DNA of 63,063 bases, filler included, from Bigelowiella natans CCMP2755 (lineage: Eukaryota; Protista; Cercozoa), in the NCBI GenBank assembly GCA_000320545.1. It is 9 parts of 9 records of this genome, joined end to end, with 100 filler letters (N's around TTAATTAATTAA, not from the genome) between each part and the next. Parts side by side here need not be neighbours in the genome. Positions count along the whole stretch, not along the records: positions 21,482 to 29,815 come from ADNK01003562.1; positions 29,916 to 32,011 come from ADNK01000545.1; positions 32,112 to 41,952 come from ADNK01003460.1; 6 more parts are not named here. One strand, 5' to 3'. This document shows positions 25,622-34,944 of this stretch, one piece after another. The notes below the pieces were generated by a model. That model searched no databases, had not been told where the DNA came from, and worked only from the letters and a program-made list of their open reading frames with translations. Each line of letters begins with the position of its first letter. Position 1 is the first letter of the stretch. The position numbers and the translations under genes are program-made.

Positions 25622-26581
25622 ATGAATAGTATACTCAAAGATGTTGATAGAACTTCTCTCTTTCCAATTAGGCACAAAGACATATGGAATGCCTACAAGA
25701 TACAACAAGCAGGATACTGGACCGCCGAAGAAATAGATTTCAGTAATGATGCCGATGACTTCTCCAAATTAAGTCAGGACGAACAAAAGTACTTAAAATA
25801 TACACTCATCTTCTTTGCGAATAGTGATATTGAAGTGAATGAAATGATAAATAGGAATCTATACGAGGAGTTTAAGGCATTAGAAATTCGTATGTGCTAC
25901 GACTTTCAAAGGCAAATGGAAAATGTACACACAGAAACATACAATCTACAGATAGATACTTTGATAAAAGATAAAAAAGAAAAAGAGGATTTAATAAATG
26001 CTGTAAAGAATAATCCTATCATAGAACAAAAGATTAACTTCTGTAGGAAACAGGTCTTGTTATACAACTCCATACAGCATAAATTGATATGTCAGGTCAT
26101 CTTTGAAGGCATATTCTTCGCTTCCTCGTTTGCCTGTATTTACTACTTCAAGCAGAAAGGTATATTAAAAGGTCTAACTTTATCTAATGAGTTCATCAGC
26201 AGAGATGAGAACCTACATTATAGTTTCAGTATTATGCTGTACAATAAGTTAGAGAAGAGACTATCACAAGCAGAAGTAGCGGTATTGTTTGATAAGGCAC
26301 TATGTATTGAGCGAGACTTCATCACACAAGCATTGCCTGTTAGATTTTTAGGAATGAATGCGGATATGATGTTAGACTACATCAAATTCACAATAGACAA
26401 CATATTACTCAAATTAGGTTATGATACAATCCACAATGTGAGTAATCCTTTGACCTGGATGGAAAGACTGGATTTACAAGGCAAGACCAATTTCTTTGAT
26501 AGTAGAGAAAGCAACTACCAATCTGCTAATGTATTAAACGAGAACAAAGAAGACATCTTCCAAGTAGACCTCAATTTTTAA
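25622..26581 (+). CDS. nrdB: Ribonucleotide reductase small (beta/R2) subunit, class Ia, intronless, virophage-encoded
   Basis: WTAEEIDFSND, FFANSD, MENVHTETY (ExxH plus radical Tyr), EGIFF, SNEFISRDENLH, GKTNFF..R...YQ and C-terminal FQVDLNF. Likely start is MNSILK at 25622. Confidence 0.96.
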   Translation: MNSILKDVDRTSLFPIRHKDIWNAYKIQQAGYWTAEEIDFSNDADDFSKLSQDEQKYLKYTLIFFANSDIEVNEMINRNLYEEFKALEIRMCYDFQRQMENVHTETYNLQIDTLIKDKKEKEDLINAVKNNPIIEQKINFCRKQVLLYNSIQHKLICQVIFEGIFFASSFACIYYFKQKGILKGLTLSNEFISRDENLHYSFSIMLYNKLEKRLSQAEVAVLFDKALCIERDFITQALPVRFLGMNADMMLDYIKFTIDNILLKLGYDTIHNVSNPLTWMERLDLQGKTNFFDSRESNYQSANVLNENKEDIFQVDLNF

Positions 26582-26598
26582 TATCTAAATTATTATAG

Positions 26599-26814
26599 AT
26601 GCTACTGGAAATAGTTAGACTATTACAATTACAACTACGATTAACAAGATTAAGAAAAGAGATAAACAAATTGATAAAGCAAAACAAGAAACTGATAAAA
26701 GAAAACAGCAAATTGTTGATACAATTAAATATTATGAAACAACCCTTTGATGACACTGGTGATTTAAGTGATAGTGCTTTTAGGATGTTGATGAACGAAG
26801 TAAATGAAAAATAA
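26599..26814 (+). CDS. Small coiled-coil hypothetical virophage protein (71 aa)
   Basis: Heptad-like LxKENxKL repeats; preceded by TATCT 12 nt before ATG. Confidence 0.6.
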   Translation: MLLEIVRLLQLQLRLTRLRKEINKLIKQNKKLIKENSKLLIQLNIMKQPFDDTGDLSDSAFRMLMNEVNEK

Positions 26815-26829
26815 TCTAATCTTTATTAA

Positions 26830-26940
26830 ACGATCGTAGTGTTATTAATATTAGGACTTATCTTTTCCATAGGTTATACGATAGGAAAGATAGTAGCAAG
26901 GAACACGGATTTAGACCCCACCAACGATATTAGAGTATGA
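26830..26940 (+). CDS. Possible 36-aa single-TM micro-protein starting at ACG (non-AUG start or mutated ATG)
   Basis: Frame (T/M)IVVLLILGLIFSIGYTIGKIVARNTDLDPTNDIRV*; ATCT lies exactly 12 nt before the ACG. Confidence 0.4.
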   Translation, partial: TIVVLLILGLIFSIGYTIGKIVARNTDLDPTNDIRV

Positions 26941-27241
26941 TAAGATTAAATCTGTCAGCATAGTCCTCTAAACTATCCTTCAAATCAGGTTTATTCCACA
27001 AGACCCAACGAGATAATGAACCAGCAGTCAGGAATTTGCTCCAATCTTCATTCTTCATATGCCTTGTCAGGTATCTATCTTTTCTGTTTTCATCTTTATG
27101 TATCGTAAAGTCGCTATACCGACTATCTCCAAAGTCTGTGTGTTTTACTTTTATTATCCTTCCACCCTTATCAACATAAAAGAGCATCCTATGCTTCTTA
27201 TTTTTAAGAGGTGATTTCATTAGTTTAATATATATTTTCAT
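26930..27241 (-). CDS. Conserved small viral protein (DUF5754-like)
   Basis: KKH...FGDSRYSDFTIHKDENRKDRYLTRH...W...AGSLSRWVLW resembles a family I recall from large DNA viruses; the Pfam name is from memory. Confidence 0.7.
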   Translation of the reverse strand: MKIYIKLMKSPLKNKKHRMLFYVDKGGRIIKVKHTDFGDSRYSDFTIHKDENRKDRYLTRHMKNEDWSKFLTAGSLSRWVLWNKPDLKDSLEDYADRFNLIIL

Positions 27242-27256
27242 ATTATAATAGTTAAC

Positions 27257-27342
27257 ATAAAATAAATTGTTAAAAAAACAATTTATTTTATATTAAGAGG
27301 AAAAATAAATTTCTATTTATTTTTTCTTGTTCTTAACAAGAA
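27257..27342. terminator. Cluster of three AT-rich hairpins downstream of the major capsid gene
   Basis: Perfect 15-bp stem 27257-27271/27277-27291; 10-bp stem 27301-27310/27315-27324; 8-bp stem 27324-27331/27335-27342. Confidence 0.6.
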
Positions 27343-27358
27343 TATTATAATATAAAAT

Positions 27359-29182
27359 TCATAATAAAGAAGAGAGTTTCTTTTTCATCCCGCCACCACT
27401 TACGGATGCTTTACCTCCCATCTTTTTCTTAAGCACATTTGCTCCCATTTTAAGAACGGCATCTTGAACTTTAGGATTAGAGGCAATATTTTTCACAGTT
27501 TTTCCAACTTTAGATGCTAAACTGCTGAAGAACCCTGAACCGACTAATTTGTTTTCAACATCACTTCCTCCAAATTGTGCTGATAATACATCTTGTTCTG
27601 TAATAAGGTTCTTAACAATCATAGAAGAACCTGCTACAGTCTTGAAAAATCCTGATTGAGGGGTCATAACTACAAGTTGAAGGTTTGGAATAGCAACATC
27701 ACCCATTGCTGTAGGTTTCATACAGGTTGCTTGGAGTTGTAATGTGTAGTTTCCAATCACACCTGGTGCTTGAGAAGGGTTTAATTCAATATCTTTACCC
27801 ATTTTAGCAATGACGAACCCACCACTGGTGTGGATTTTTCTGCCTTTACTTCTACTGCTTCCAATATAGGTGTGGAAATCAATTTCTAATCCATTATCAT
27901 AACTCATCTTGTATAATTTATCCACAGGCATTGTGTTTAAAAGACCGCTTCTGTTATCAAAGGTAATGTTTAAATTTGTGATGGGAAAATAGAATTCATT
28001 TTCAGTCGCATCATATGTTGTTTTCTTAACAGCAATAATTAAACTATCAGGGATACTTGGTAATGTTATAGTAGATGATAATATGGTTTTACTATTGTTT
28101 ATCCCTTGAGGAAAACCATTACTATCAATAGTTCTATATGTAGGGAACTCCACATATGGGACAATATTTTCAGGACTGACTTTGAGGTCTAAAGCAGGAG
28201 TTAAACACACAACATCTACATAACTTTGTAAAAATGGTCCTGGTTTATTCGCTAATGTAACGAATTCTGCTCTACAGGTTATAGGATTATTTTCAGTGCC
28301 GATTCTGTTTCCATCGTAACAGACTGCTCTGCTTGGGTCTTTGAAATTGATTTGTAAGGTAGCATTGTTAACACCATATAAACCTACACTATGATAATTC
28401 TCTGGAACATAGCATAACGGACTAATCATAAGTTTCTCTTTGGATGTAAATTTTAGGAAAAATTTATATTCTGCTTGGACAGCATTTCCAACTGCTCTTA
28501 CGACTGGTTCGCCATCCGCATATGGATAAGCAACACCACCTATGGTCACATTTCCATTAAAGTTGTCCGGTAAAACATCGCCATTAGCATCTACAAAGTT
28601 AACATCAAAATGTGCTCCATTCTTGTGGTAGAATTTATCGCCGTCAAAGAACCCAGTAATACTATTATTGAATGCTCCTTTACCTTCGCTATATTTTCCA
28701 TAAGGTGACAAATAGGAAGGGCAAATCGCACTGCTACTGTCATATTTTGGGTCAGTAGTCATTAGAAGCAACTGCTCGTTTATGGATTGGTCTAAATTAG
28801 TTGTGGATACTGTATCGTTGATTTGTAAACTCATTGTGGAAACCATTCTGTGTAAAGGGAAGTTGTTTAATGATAAGATTTCACTTAAGGTTGCGATTTT
28901 AGCACCTTGAGCAGGGTTTCCACCAGCACCAAAATCAGCATTAGTATTAAAATCACCTCTGTTTACAGTACATAAAAGGGTGACCTCGCTGGTCCAGTTT
29001 ATCTTTCGGTCAACGAAGACATTTAAAGAAGGTATGGTAATGTTATAGTTTTGATTACTCGCACTTGCGGATAAGGATTTAATCTGTTTGTTATTCACTG
29101 ACATAGAACTCTTAGAGATTTTGTATTCAGGTGGTAACTGAACTGTTCTTGCATCATAAACTGCTTTCTTACTTAAATTCAT
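27359..29182 (-). CDS. Virophage major capsid protein (double jelly-roll, 607 aa)
   Basis: Sputnik-V20-like motifs: IPSLNVFVDRKI, FPLHRM...QINDT, EKLMISP, GLYGVN, SSTITLPSIPDSLIIAV, ITFDNRSGLL, LYKMSYDNG, APGVIGNYTLQ, plus a G/K-rich C-terminal tail. Confidence 0.92.
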   Translation of the reverse strand: MNLSKKAVYDARTVQLPPEYKISKSSMSVNNKQIKSLSASASNQNYNITIPSLNVFVDRKINWTSEVTLLCTVNRGDFNTNADFGAGGNPAQGAKIATLSEILSLNNFPLHRMVSTMSLQINDTVSTTNLDQSINEQLLLMTTDPKYDSSSAICPSYLSPYGKYSEGKGAFNNSITGFFDGDKFYHKNGAHFDVNFVDANGDVLPDNFNGNVTIGGVAYPYADGEPVVRAVGNAVQAEYKFFLKFTSKEKLMISPLCYVPENYHSVGLYGVNNATLQINFKDPSRAVCYDGNRIGTENNPITCRAEFVTLANKPGPFLQSYVDVVCLTPALDLKVSPENIVPYVEFPTYRTIDSNGFPQGINNSKTILSSTITLPSIPDSLIIAVKKTTYDATENEFYFPITNLNITFDNRSGLLNTMPVDKLYKMSYDNGLEIDFHTYIGSSRSKGRKIHTSGGFVIAKMGKDIELNPSQAPGVIGNYTLQLQATCMKPTAMGDVAIPNLQLVVMTPQSGFFKTVAGSSMIVKNLITEQDVLSAQFGGSDVENKLVGSGFFSSLASKVGKTVKNIASNPKVQDAVLKMGANVLKKKMGGKASVSGGGMKKKLSSLL

Positions 29183-29212
29183 ATATAATTACACCGAGAA
29201 AAAAAATTTAAA

Positions 29213-29815
29213 CTATTTTTGCTTTCGTTGAAACATTAGTTTTAGATGGATGCTACTTTTGTTAGGCATTCGTATAGGGACTAAATCACCTGTCAACCGA
29301 TGCTTCCAAAATGCTGAAATCTGTATACTTTTCAAGGGAATGTTAGCAGAGGTAAAGTTAATATATCTGTATTCACCGCTTGGAACATAGGTAATCGTTC
29401 CGCTATAATCATCGGCACTACTAATACCTACTGTCATATCACTAATAACCTTTTGGGAGGTATCTTGCCTACTATCGCTTACTTGCTGTCGGTCCACAAA
29501 TTCTAAAGGTGTTCCCGTGATTTCACTCTCAATGGGAATGATATTGGTAGTAAATACAATCGCACTGACAGGACACCATAAACTGCTTACACTCTCATAG
29601 TCTTGAGATAAAATACTATATGTTTTATTTCCTTTGGTGAGTGAATGAATGTCTAAATCATCCTCAATCGGTAGAATATCGTAGGCACATCCCGGTATAG
29701 ACATATTTTCAACTATATCAGTAATCGTGCCTCTGTTATATTCTATAGTGTTTTTAAGGTCGCCTCCTATATAGTTGTGATGAAAATTGCTAAAGAGTAA
29801 GAAGAGGTTGCTGTT
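29213..29815 (-). CDS. Virophage minor capsid (penton) protein, 5'-truncated
   Basis: QDYES...WCPVSAIVFT...PI, YVPSGEYRY, PLKSIQISAFWK...G.L.P, KLMFQRK. The frame stays open to the contig end (NSNLFLLFSNF...) and sits directly upstream of the MCP gene. Confidence 0.88.
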   Translation of the reverse strand, partial: NSNLFLLFSNFHHNYIGGDLKNTIEYNRGTITDIVENMSIPGCAYDILPIEDDLDIHSLTKGNKTYSILSQDYESVSSLWCPVSAIVFTTNIIPIESEITGTPLEFVDRQQVSDSRQDTSQKVISDMTVGISSADDYSGTITYVPSGEYRYINFTSANIPLKSIQISAFWKHRLTGDLVPIRMPNKSSIHLKLMFQRKQK

Positions 29816-31354
29816 NNNNNNNNNNNNNNNNNNNNNNNNNNNNNNNNNNNNNNNNNNNNTTAATTAATTAANNNNNNNNNNNNNNNNNNNNNNNNNNNNN
29901 NNNNNNNNNNNNNNNGTTCATTTGACGTGGCTTGGAATATAGTGTTTTAATGCAAAACATTTTGACATGAGGATCATCTATCTCTCTCTATCTCTCTCTC
30001 TTTCTCTCTCTCCCTCCCCCCTTCCTCTTCCCCCCCCCCTTCGCCCTCCCCCCCCCCCCACCCCCCCACGCTTAACCATATGATTACAGCGTTGCAAAGA
30101 CAGAAGAGATAAAGTTGTTTGCAAGATTACCTTCATGCGGTTCGAAGAATACATATTTGTTCCCGAACTTATCGCTCCCAACCTGTTCATCGTGGCATTT
30201 TCCAGGCAGATTATACTAGAGAATGAATATTCTGGGCAACATTTCGCATTGACTGACCAATGTTTTCCCCGTGAAGTGTTTTTGAATGGGTCTCAGCAAC
30301 CCTGTGATTCGCTTGAACATCGCACCCTCTCCCCACTATAACTGGAAAATGAATGGACGAAGAAGGTGGGCAGGACAAGGTAATTCTTCCAGGAAGTTTC
30401 TAAGATTCCATGAAACTTCAGCAAAAGCTACTGCACCTTGTACGTCCTGTTTGCAAAGTATTTCCTTTTCGAACAATTTTTATCGGCAAACTTTCCCTAG
30501 CCAGGAAGGACTGGAAGGACGATGCTAACTATTACAAGCGGCAAAGAATTCATAATGTCGCTACTACATATACGAGGAGGATGATAATACGATTTTGTTC
30601 TTTAAAAAAATTAATCGGTACGGCGATTGGCTAGTCGCGGAGCACGGAACGTTCGATGATTTCGGTCCTTGGCGCATCTCGGGAGGATATTCGGAGCATA
30701 ATCGGGGTTTGGGATGCCGTACTGAAACCCTGGTTTTGCAAGAACTGCTATACGAAATAAACAGCGAATATATTTTCACTTTACTTGGAACGACATGATA
30801 TATACCTCTATTTTATCTCAAAATACATAGCATTATTGCGAAAGTAGATTTATGAAAGAAATTGTCAAAATCTGAAATTGCTGGTTAGACCCTTGCGCGC
30901 GCTCTCATGCCCCCCTCCCGTCTATTCTCTGGCTGGGAAGGAGGATTGTGAGGGAGGGGGATATTTTTCCACACGACATATATGTGTGTTAATGGCGTGT
31001 GCAAAAATCTTCGTTGTGAGTTCTGCTTCGAGCAAAACTTCCAGAGCTAGGTCACTTGGAGCACCGGGCCGAATTCATTTTTATTCGCCGAACAGCGAAA
31101 GGGTGGCAGGGATTAAAAACTTCACACTGTGTTGTCTTCGATGTAGATCGTGATGGAAGATTTTTACTTCTGTGACCTATTGAAGATTTTTGTTTCATCA
31201 CCTTCGTTCTGACCGAATTTGTTTACATCCGAATCGAATGTCCAGGCGACAGCGAAGAGGACGAGGTACGCGATTGATATCTTCCCGCTGCCGCTCCATA
31301 GTATCCAACGCCCTACGATAGGATAACTTCAAGCAGATAAAATCAAAAAGAATA

Positions 31355-31760
31355 ATGAGTTCTGAACCGGAGGAGTTGAAGGCCTCCGTCGGTCAATGGC
31401 TCAAGTCTGCAGGCTACGGCAAGGCTTACAAGGCCTTTCTTAAGGATGCAAAGATTACACAGGAGAAGGTCATACCCACCATGTGTAGTGTTATCTGCCA
31501 GATGATTGTAATTCGAACAAGCGATTCCAAACTGTAAACAGGACGCTTGTATGAGCTGTCACCGTGCATCAGACTACTTGGCATTAGGACAATTTTTTTT
31601 AATATGAGATCTCCATGTCTCTTGTTGTTGATCCATGTAATAGATTGAAGCAAAGAGCAGTGGCCCTTTGAGGGAGGCCTGGAAGATGTTTTCCAGAAAG
31701 AGAGGCCGTGATGAGGAATCTGAGGAATCAAAACCCAAACGCCACAAAGCAGCAAATGAC

Positions 31761-31840
<80 letters not shown>

Positions 31841-32011
31841 CGTAATATCGAAATGCTTATGAAATCATGTTGAAACCGTAGAGTTATACACCGGCGTGTG
31901 TTAGTGCGTGTGTGTGTGTGTGTTTGCTGTGTACCTTTCCTTTCTTGAATATCGTAGTCATGCATGATGGTCTTAAAAAAAAATGTGCTCTGTACCTAGG
32001 ATGACGACGAT
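31355..32011 (+). CDS. LisH-motif plus acidic-tract protein (Nopp140/Srp40-like), 5' fragment
   Basis: LKASVGQWLKSAGYGKAYKAFLKDA (LisH-like), then an exon with basic KRGR/PKRHK segments and poly-Asp. Confidence 0.55.
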
Positions 32012-32182
32012 NNNNNNNNNNNNNNNNNNNNNNNNNNNNNNNNNNNNNNNNNNNNTTAATTAATTAANNNNNNNNNNNNNNNNNNNNNNNNNNNNNNNNN
32101 NNNNNNNNNNNGCTCTGGTGAGCCTACCTGCCTCTATCCTTCCAACAACTAGCCGCATCCAACCATCAATAACTTACAACTT

Positions 32183-32224
<42 letters not shown>

Positions 32225-32235
32225 CTGTTTCCTAG

Positions 32236-32989
32236 GGAGGAAATGCTAACGGGGGTGCAATATACGGTGAAATGACGAAGATGAGCTTTCAGCGGGTGGC
32301 CTTGCGTGCACGCATATATTATGCAGTATTTTGTGTGTGTATAGCTATAGCAGCGACTCGCACAGCAGATCATGAATTGGACAATACGACGACGATTGGA
32401 ACAACACGATATATGACCCAAAAACAGCTCAGATTGAAAGGAGAGATAACCAACACTAATGGTGGCTGCTTTCGTTTTTTTTACCTTTTCCTTCTTCTTC
32501 TTCTTTGTCCTCTTCCTCCTTCATCGATTGACCATTATTAGATATATATTGACGAAATTTTCCTCCTCTTGCATCAATTGACCATTATTAGGTGGTGGAA
32601 GCGATGATTGCAAAGACGGGGCTGAACGAAGAGTCGGTCTTTATTGACATCGGAGCGGGATTAGGTCAGTGGATGATGTTTCAGGCCTGTGCTGCCGCTA
32701 TACCTGCTCCTTGATGACGAATACGATCAGAAGGACACACGATTGGACTATCATGCTATCTATCATCACCATCATCATCACCATGCAATTGCACACTGAT
32801 CAGGCAAGCCAAGCATGCACGTGGCCATCTTCCCTGGCGTGAAGTTCTCCTTGGGGATTGAGATCATGCCGGTGCGTTGGCAGCTGTCCTTGCTTAATCT
32901 TCAAGCAGCAATTTCCGGCTGCGATAAGCTCAAGAACCGATCCAAGCCAAACGTCGCTTTTACCCAGGGCGATATCACAGAAATCAATG

Positions 32990-33033
<44 letters not shown>

Positions 33034-33295
33034 ACGATTGCGCCATTCACTCCGTCCTTGTGTTGTTTTTCTTCCCCACACACGTACCCTGGCCTTTAAA
33101 GTTCTGACCCATATCTACCAGTACGACATTGCTTTTCCCCCAGCCGTGAGTGAAGAATCCCCGTATTAGTTGTAGTAGTAGTAGTAGTAGTAGCAGCAGC
33201 ACCAGCAAGAAATGAAGAGAACAGACAACAACAACTACCAACAACAACAACAACAACGACAACAACGACTAGCCTCTTTGGAGGAGCTTCCCTCT

Positions 33296-33326
<31 letters not shown>

Positions 33327-33442
33327 GGATACACATCGACCTCGAGAGAGAGAGAGAGAGAGAGAGAGGCGAAGCAATATCACATATAACATCATTTACG
33401 TGCAGCAATGATACAGATATTATATATATATATATATAATAT

Positions 33443-33494
<52 letters not shown>

Positions 33495-34727
33495 CTCCTG
33501 ATTGCACCCCTTCACCTACTCCTCCTCCTCCTCATATCTGGGCGGGTGATGAAGTCCATTGCGGAGTCTTTCAACACGAGTACGACAGCTAAGTACCTCA
33601 TTTCCTACCACAAACCGAGGTGAATTATGACGATAATCAGTGCGGAATAGAAGAGGAGAAGGAGGAGGAGGAGGAGGAGGAGGAGGAGGAGGCGAAGCAG
33701 AGAAAACAATAAATAGAGTCAGAGACTTAATCCGCTGTTGCGAAATACGATTGCGCCCACGCCGATGGTGACCGCTGCTCTGCGCATAGGCAAAAAGCCG
33801 TGCAGCAGGACAACAAATCACATCTCTGCTTTCACTGAAGATGAATGATCGATCTCTTGAAATTTCTCCTCTTTTTTTGGGGGGATATGTTTGGGATGTG
33901 TTGTGATGATGGTAGATCTCGGTCAGCCCCCCCCCCCCCCCGTCTCCTCCACGTCCTCCTCCCCTTTGTTTCCTCCTCCTCATCATCATCATCTTTCTTC
34001 TTTTCCCCCCTTCTGTTTGCTACGATGTCTCATCACTGCAGAACGATTATTTGGGAACATAGATTCCTCGTCAATCTGGGTAAGGATGACGACGTTGATC
34101 ATATTGATGATGATGATGCTGACGATGATGATGATGATGATGATGACGCAGCTCAATCTTCACTATATTAATGCTGCTTGACGGTTCATTATCGCCCTCA
34201 CCATCGCTGCAAAAATATATACTCGTTATTATCCTCTTCACCCCCACCACGACGGTCAGTTGCTTACGTTCCCGGCACATCGATGAAGGGGTCAGGGGAG
34301 AAGAGGACTGCATGGATATATAGAAAAACACACACAGTGTCCTCCTCCTCGTTGCAGCACCCCGCCTCCTCGGTCTGTTCTTCGTATATTAAAGAATCTT
34401 CTGCCCAATTACCTCTTCTGCTTCTTCTTCATTTTGTTTGCCGCTCATGCATGCACAAATTGCCGCAACGACACGGAGCAGCGCTTTAGAGTTTTCATGC
34501 GGGATCAATGGTATGTGTAATGCCAGCAAGCTGACAGTATTTGTTGGGATTGGCAGGGATCTCGGCGTGCGGCGTCATCGTCATCGTCGTCTTCGTCTCC
34601 AAAGGAGAGTAAGCTGGATGAATGCATCAATATCCTCAGAAGAAGTACCCGCTCCTCCTATCAGGTAGTAGTTGTGGACGATAGTAACGATGTTGTCCAA
34701 GTGCAATCTGGACGCATCACTACTTTG

Positions 34728-34766
<39 letters not shown>

Positions 34767-34944
34767 ATGTTGCCACTCTTCTCTGACACCTCCTCTCTGC
34801 CTCTCTATTCACCGTGCTGCCGCAACGAAGAAATGGCTTGAAAGACGCCTGAAGCAAACGCTGTACCTGCAAGATGGAGTCAATCCCCGGGAAAAGCGAT
34901 ACCGAGGCAAGCCTTTCTATCGTGGCTGCTTCATTCCTTGGTGA
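32236..34944 (+). CDS. DOT1: DOT1-like histone H3K79 methyltransferase, multi-exon, 5' part missing
   Basis: GAIYGEMT, VFIDIGAGL|GKP, SLGIEI, GDITE, THIYQYDIAFPP, SMKGSGE. Two splice acceptors are irregular. Confidence 0.8.

Larger units (their letters stand above)
22863..29815. mobile_element. Endogenous virophage (provirophage, Lavidaviridae-like); left part only, truncated by contig end
   Basis: Abrupt switch to AT-rich, intronless, tightly packed ORFs with virophage-type major and minor capsid genes and an rve integrase; contiguous with the intron-containing host thiM. Left boundary is approximate. Confidence 0.9.

Noticed and set aside
22863-29815. Alternative reading as a Polinton/Maverick or giant-virus insert
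   Set aside because: The 607-aa capsid and the adjacent penton show virophage-type motifs and order; no pPolB or NCLDV core gene is visible, though the element is truncated.
30090-30798. Exon-like fragments here, and also at about 57480-58620 and 60300-61500
   Set aside because: Probably genic, but I could not build a consistent model or recognise a family, so no call was made.
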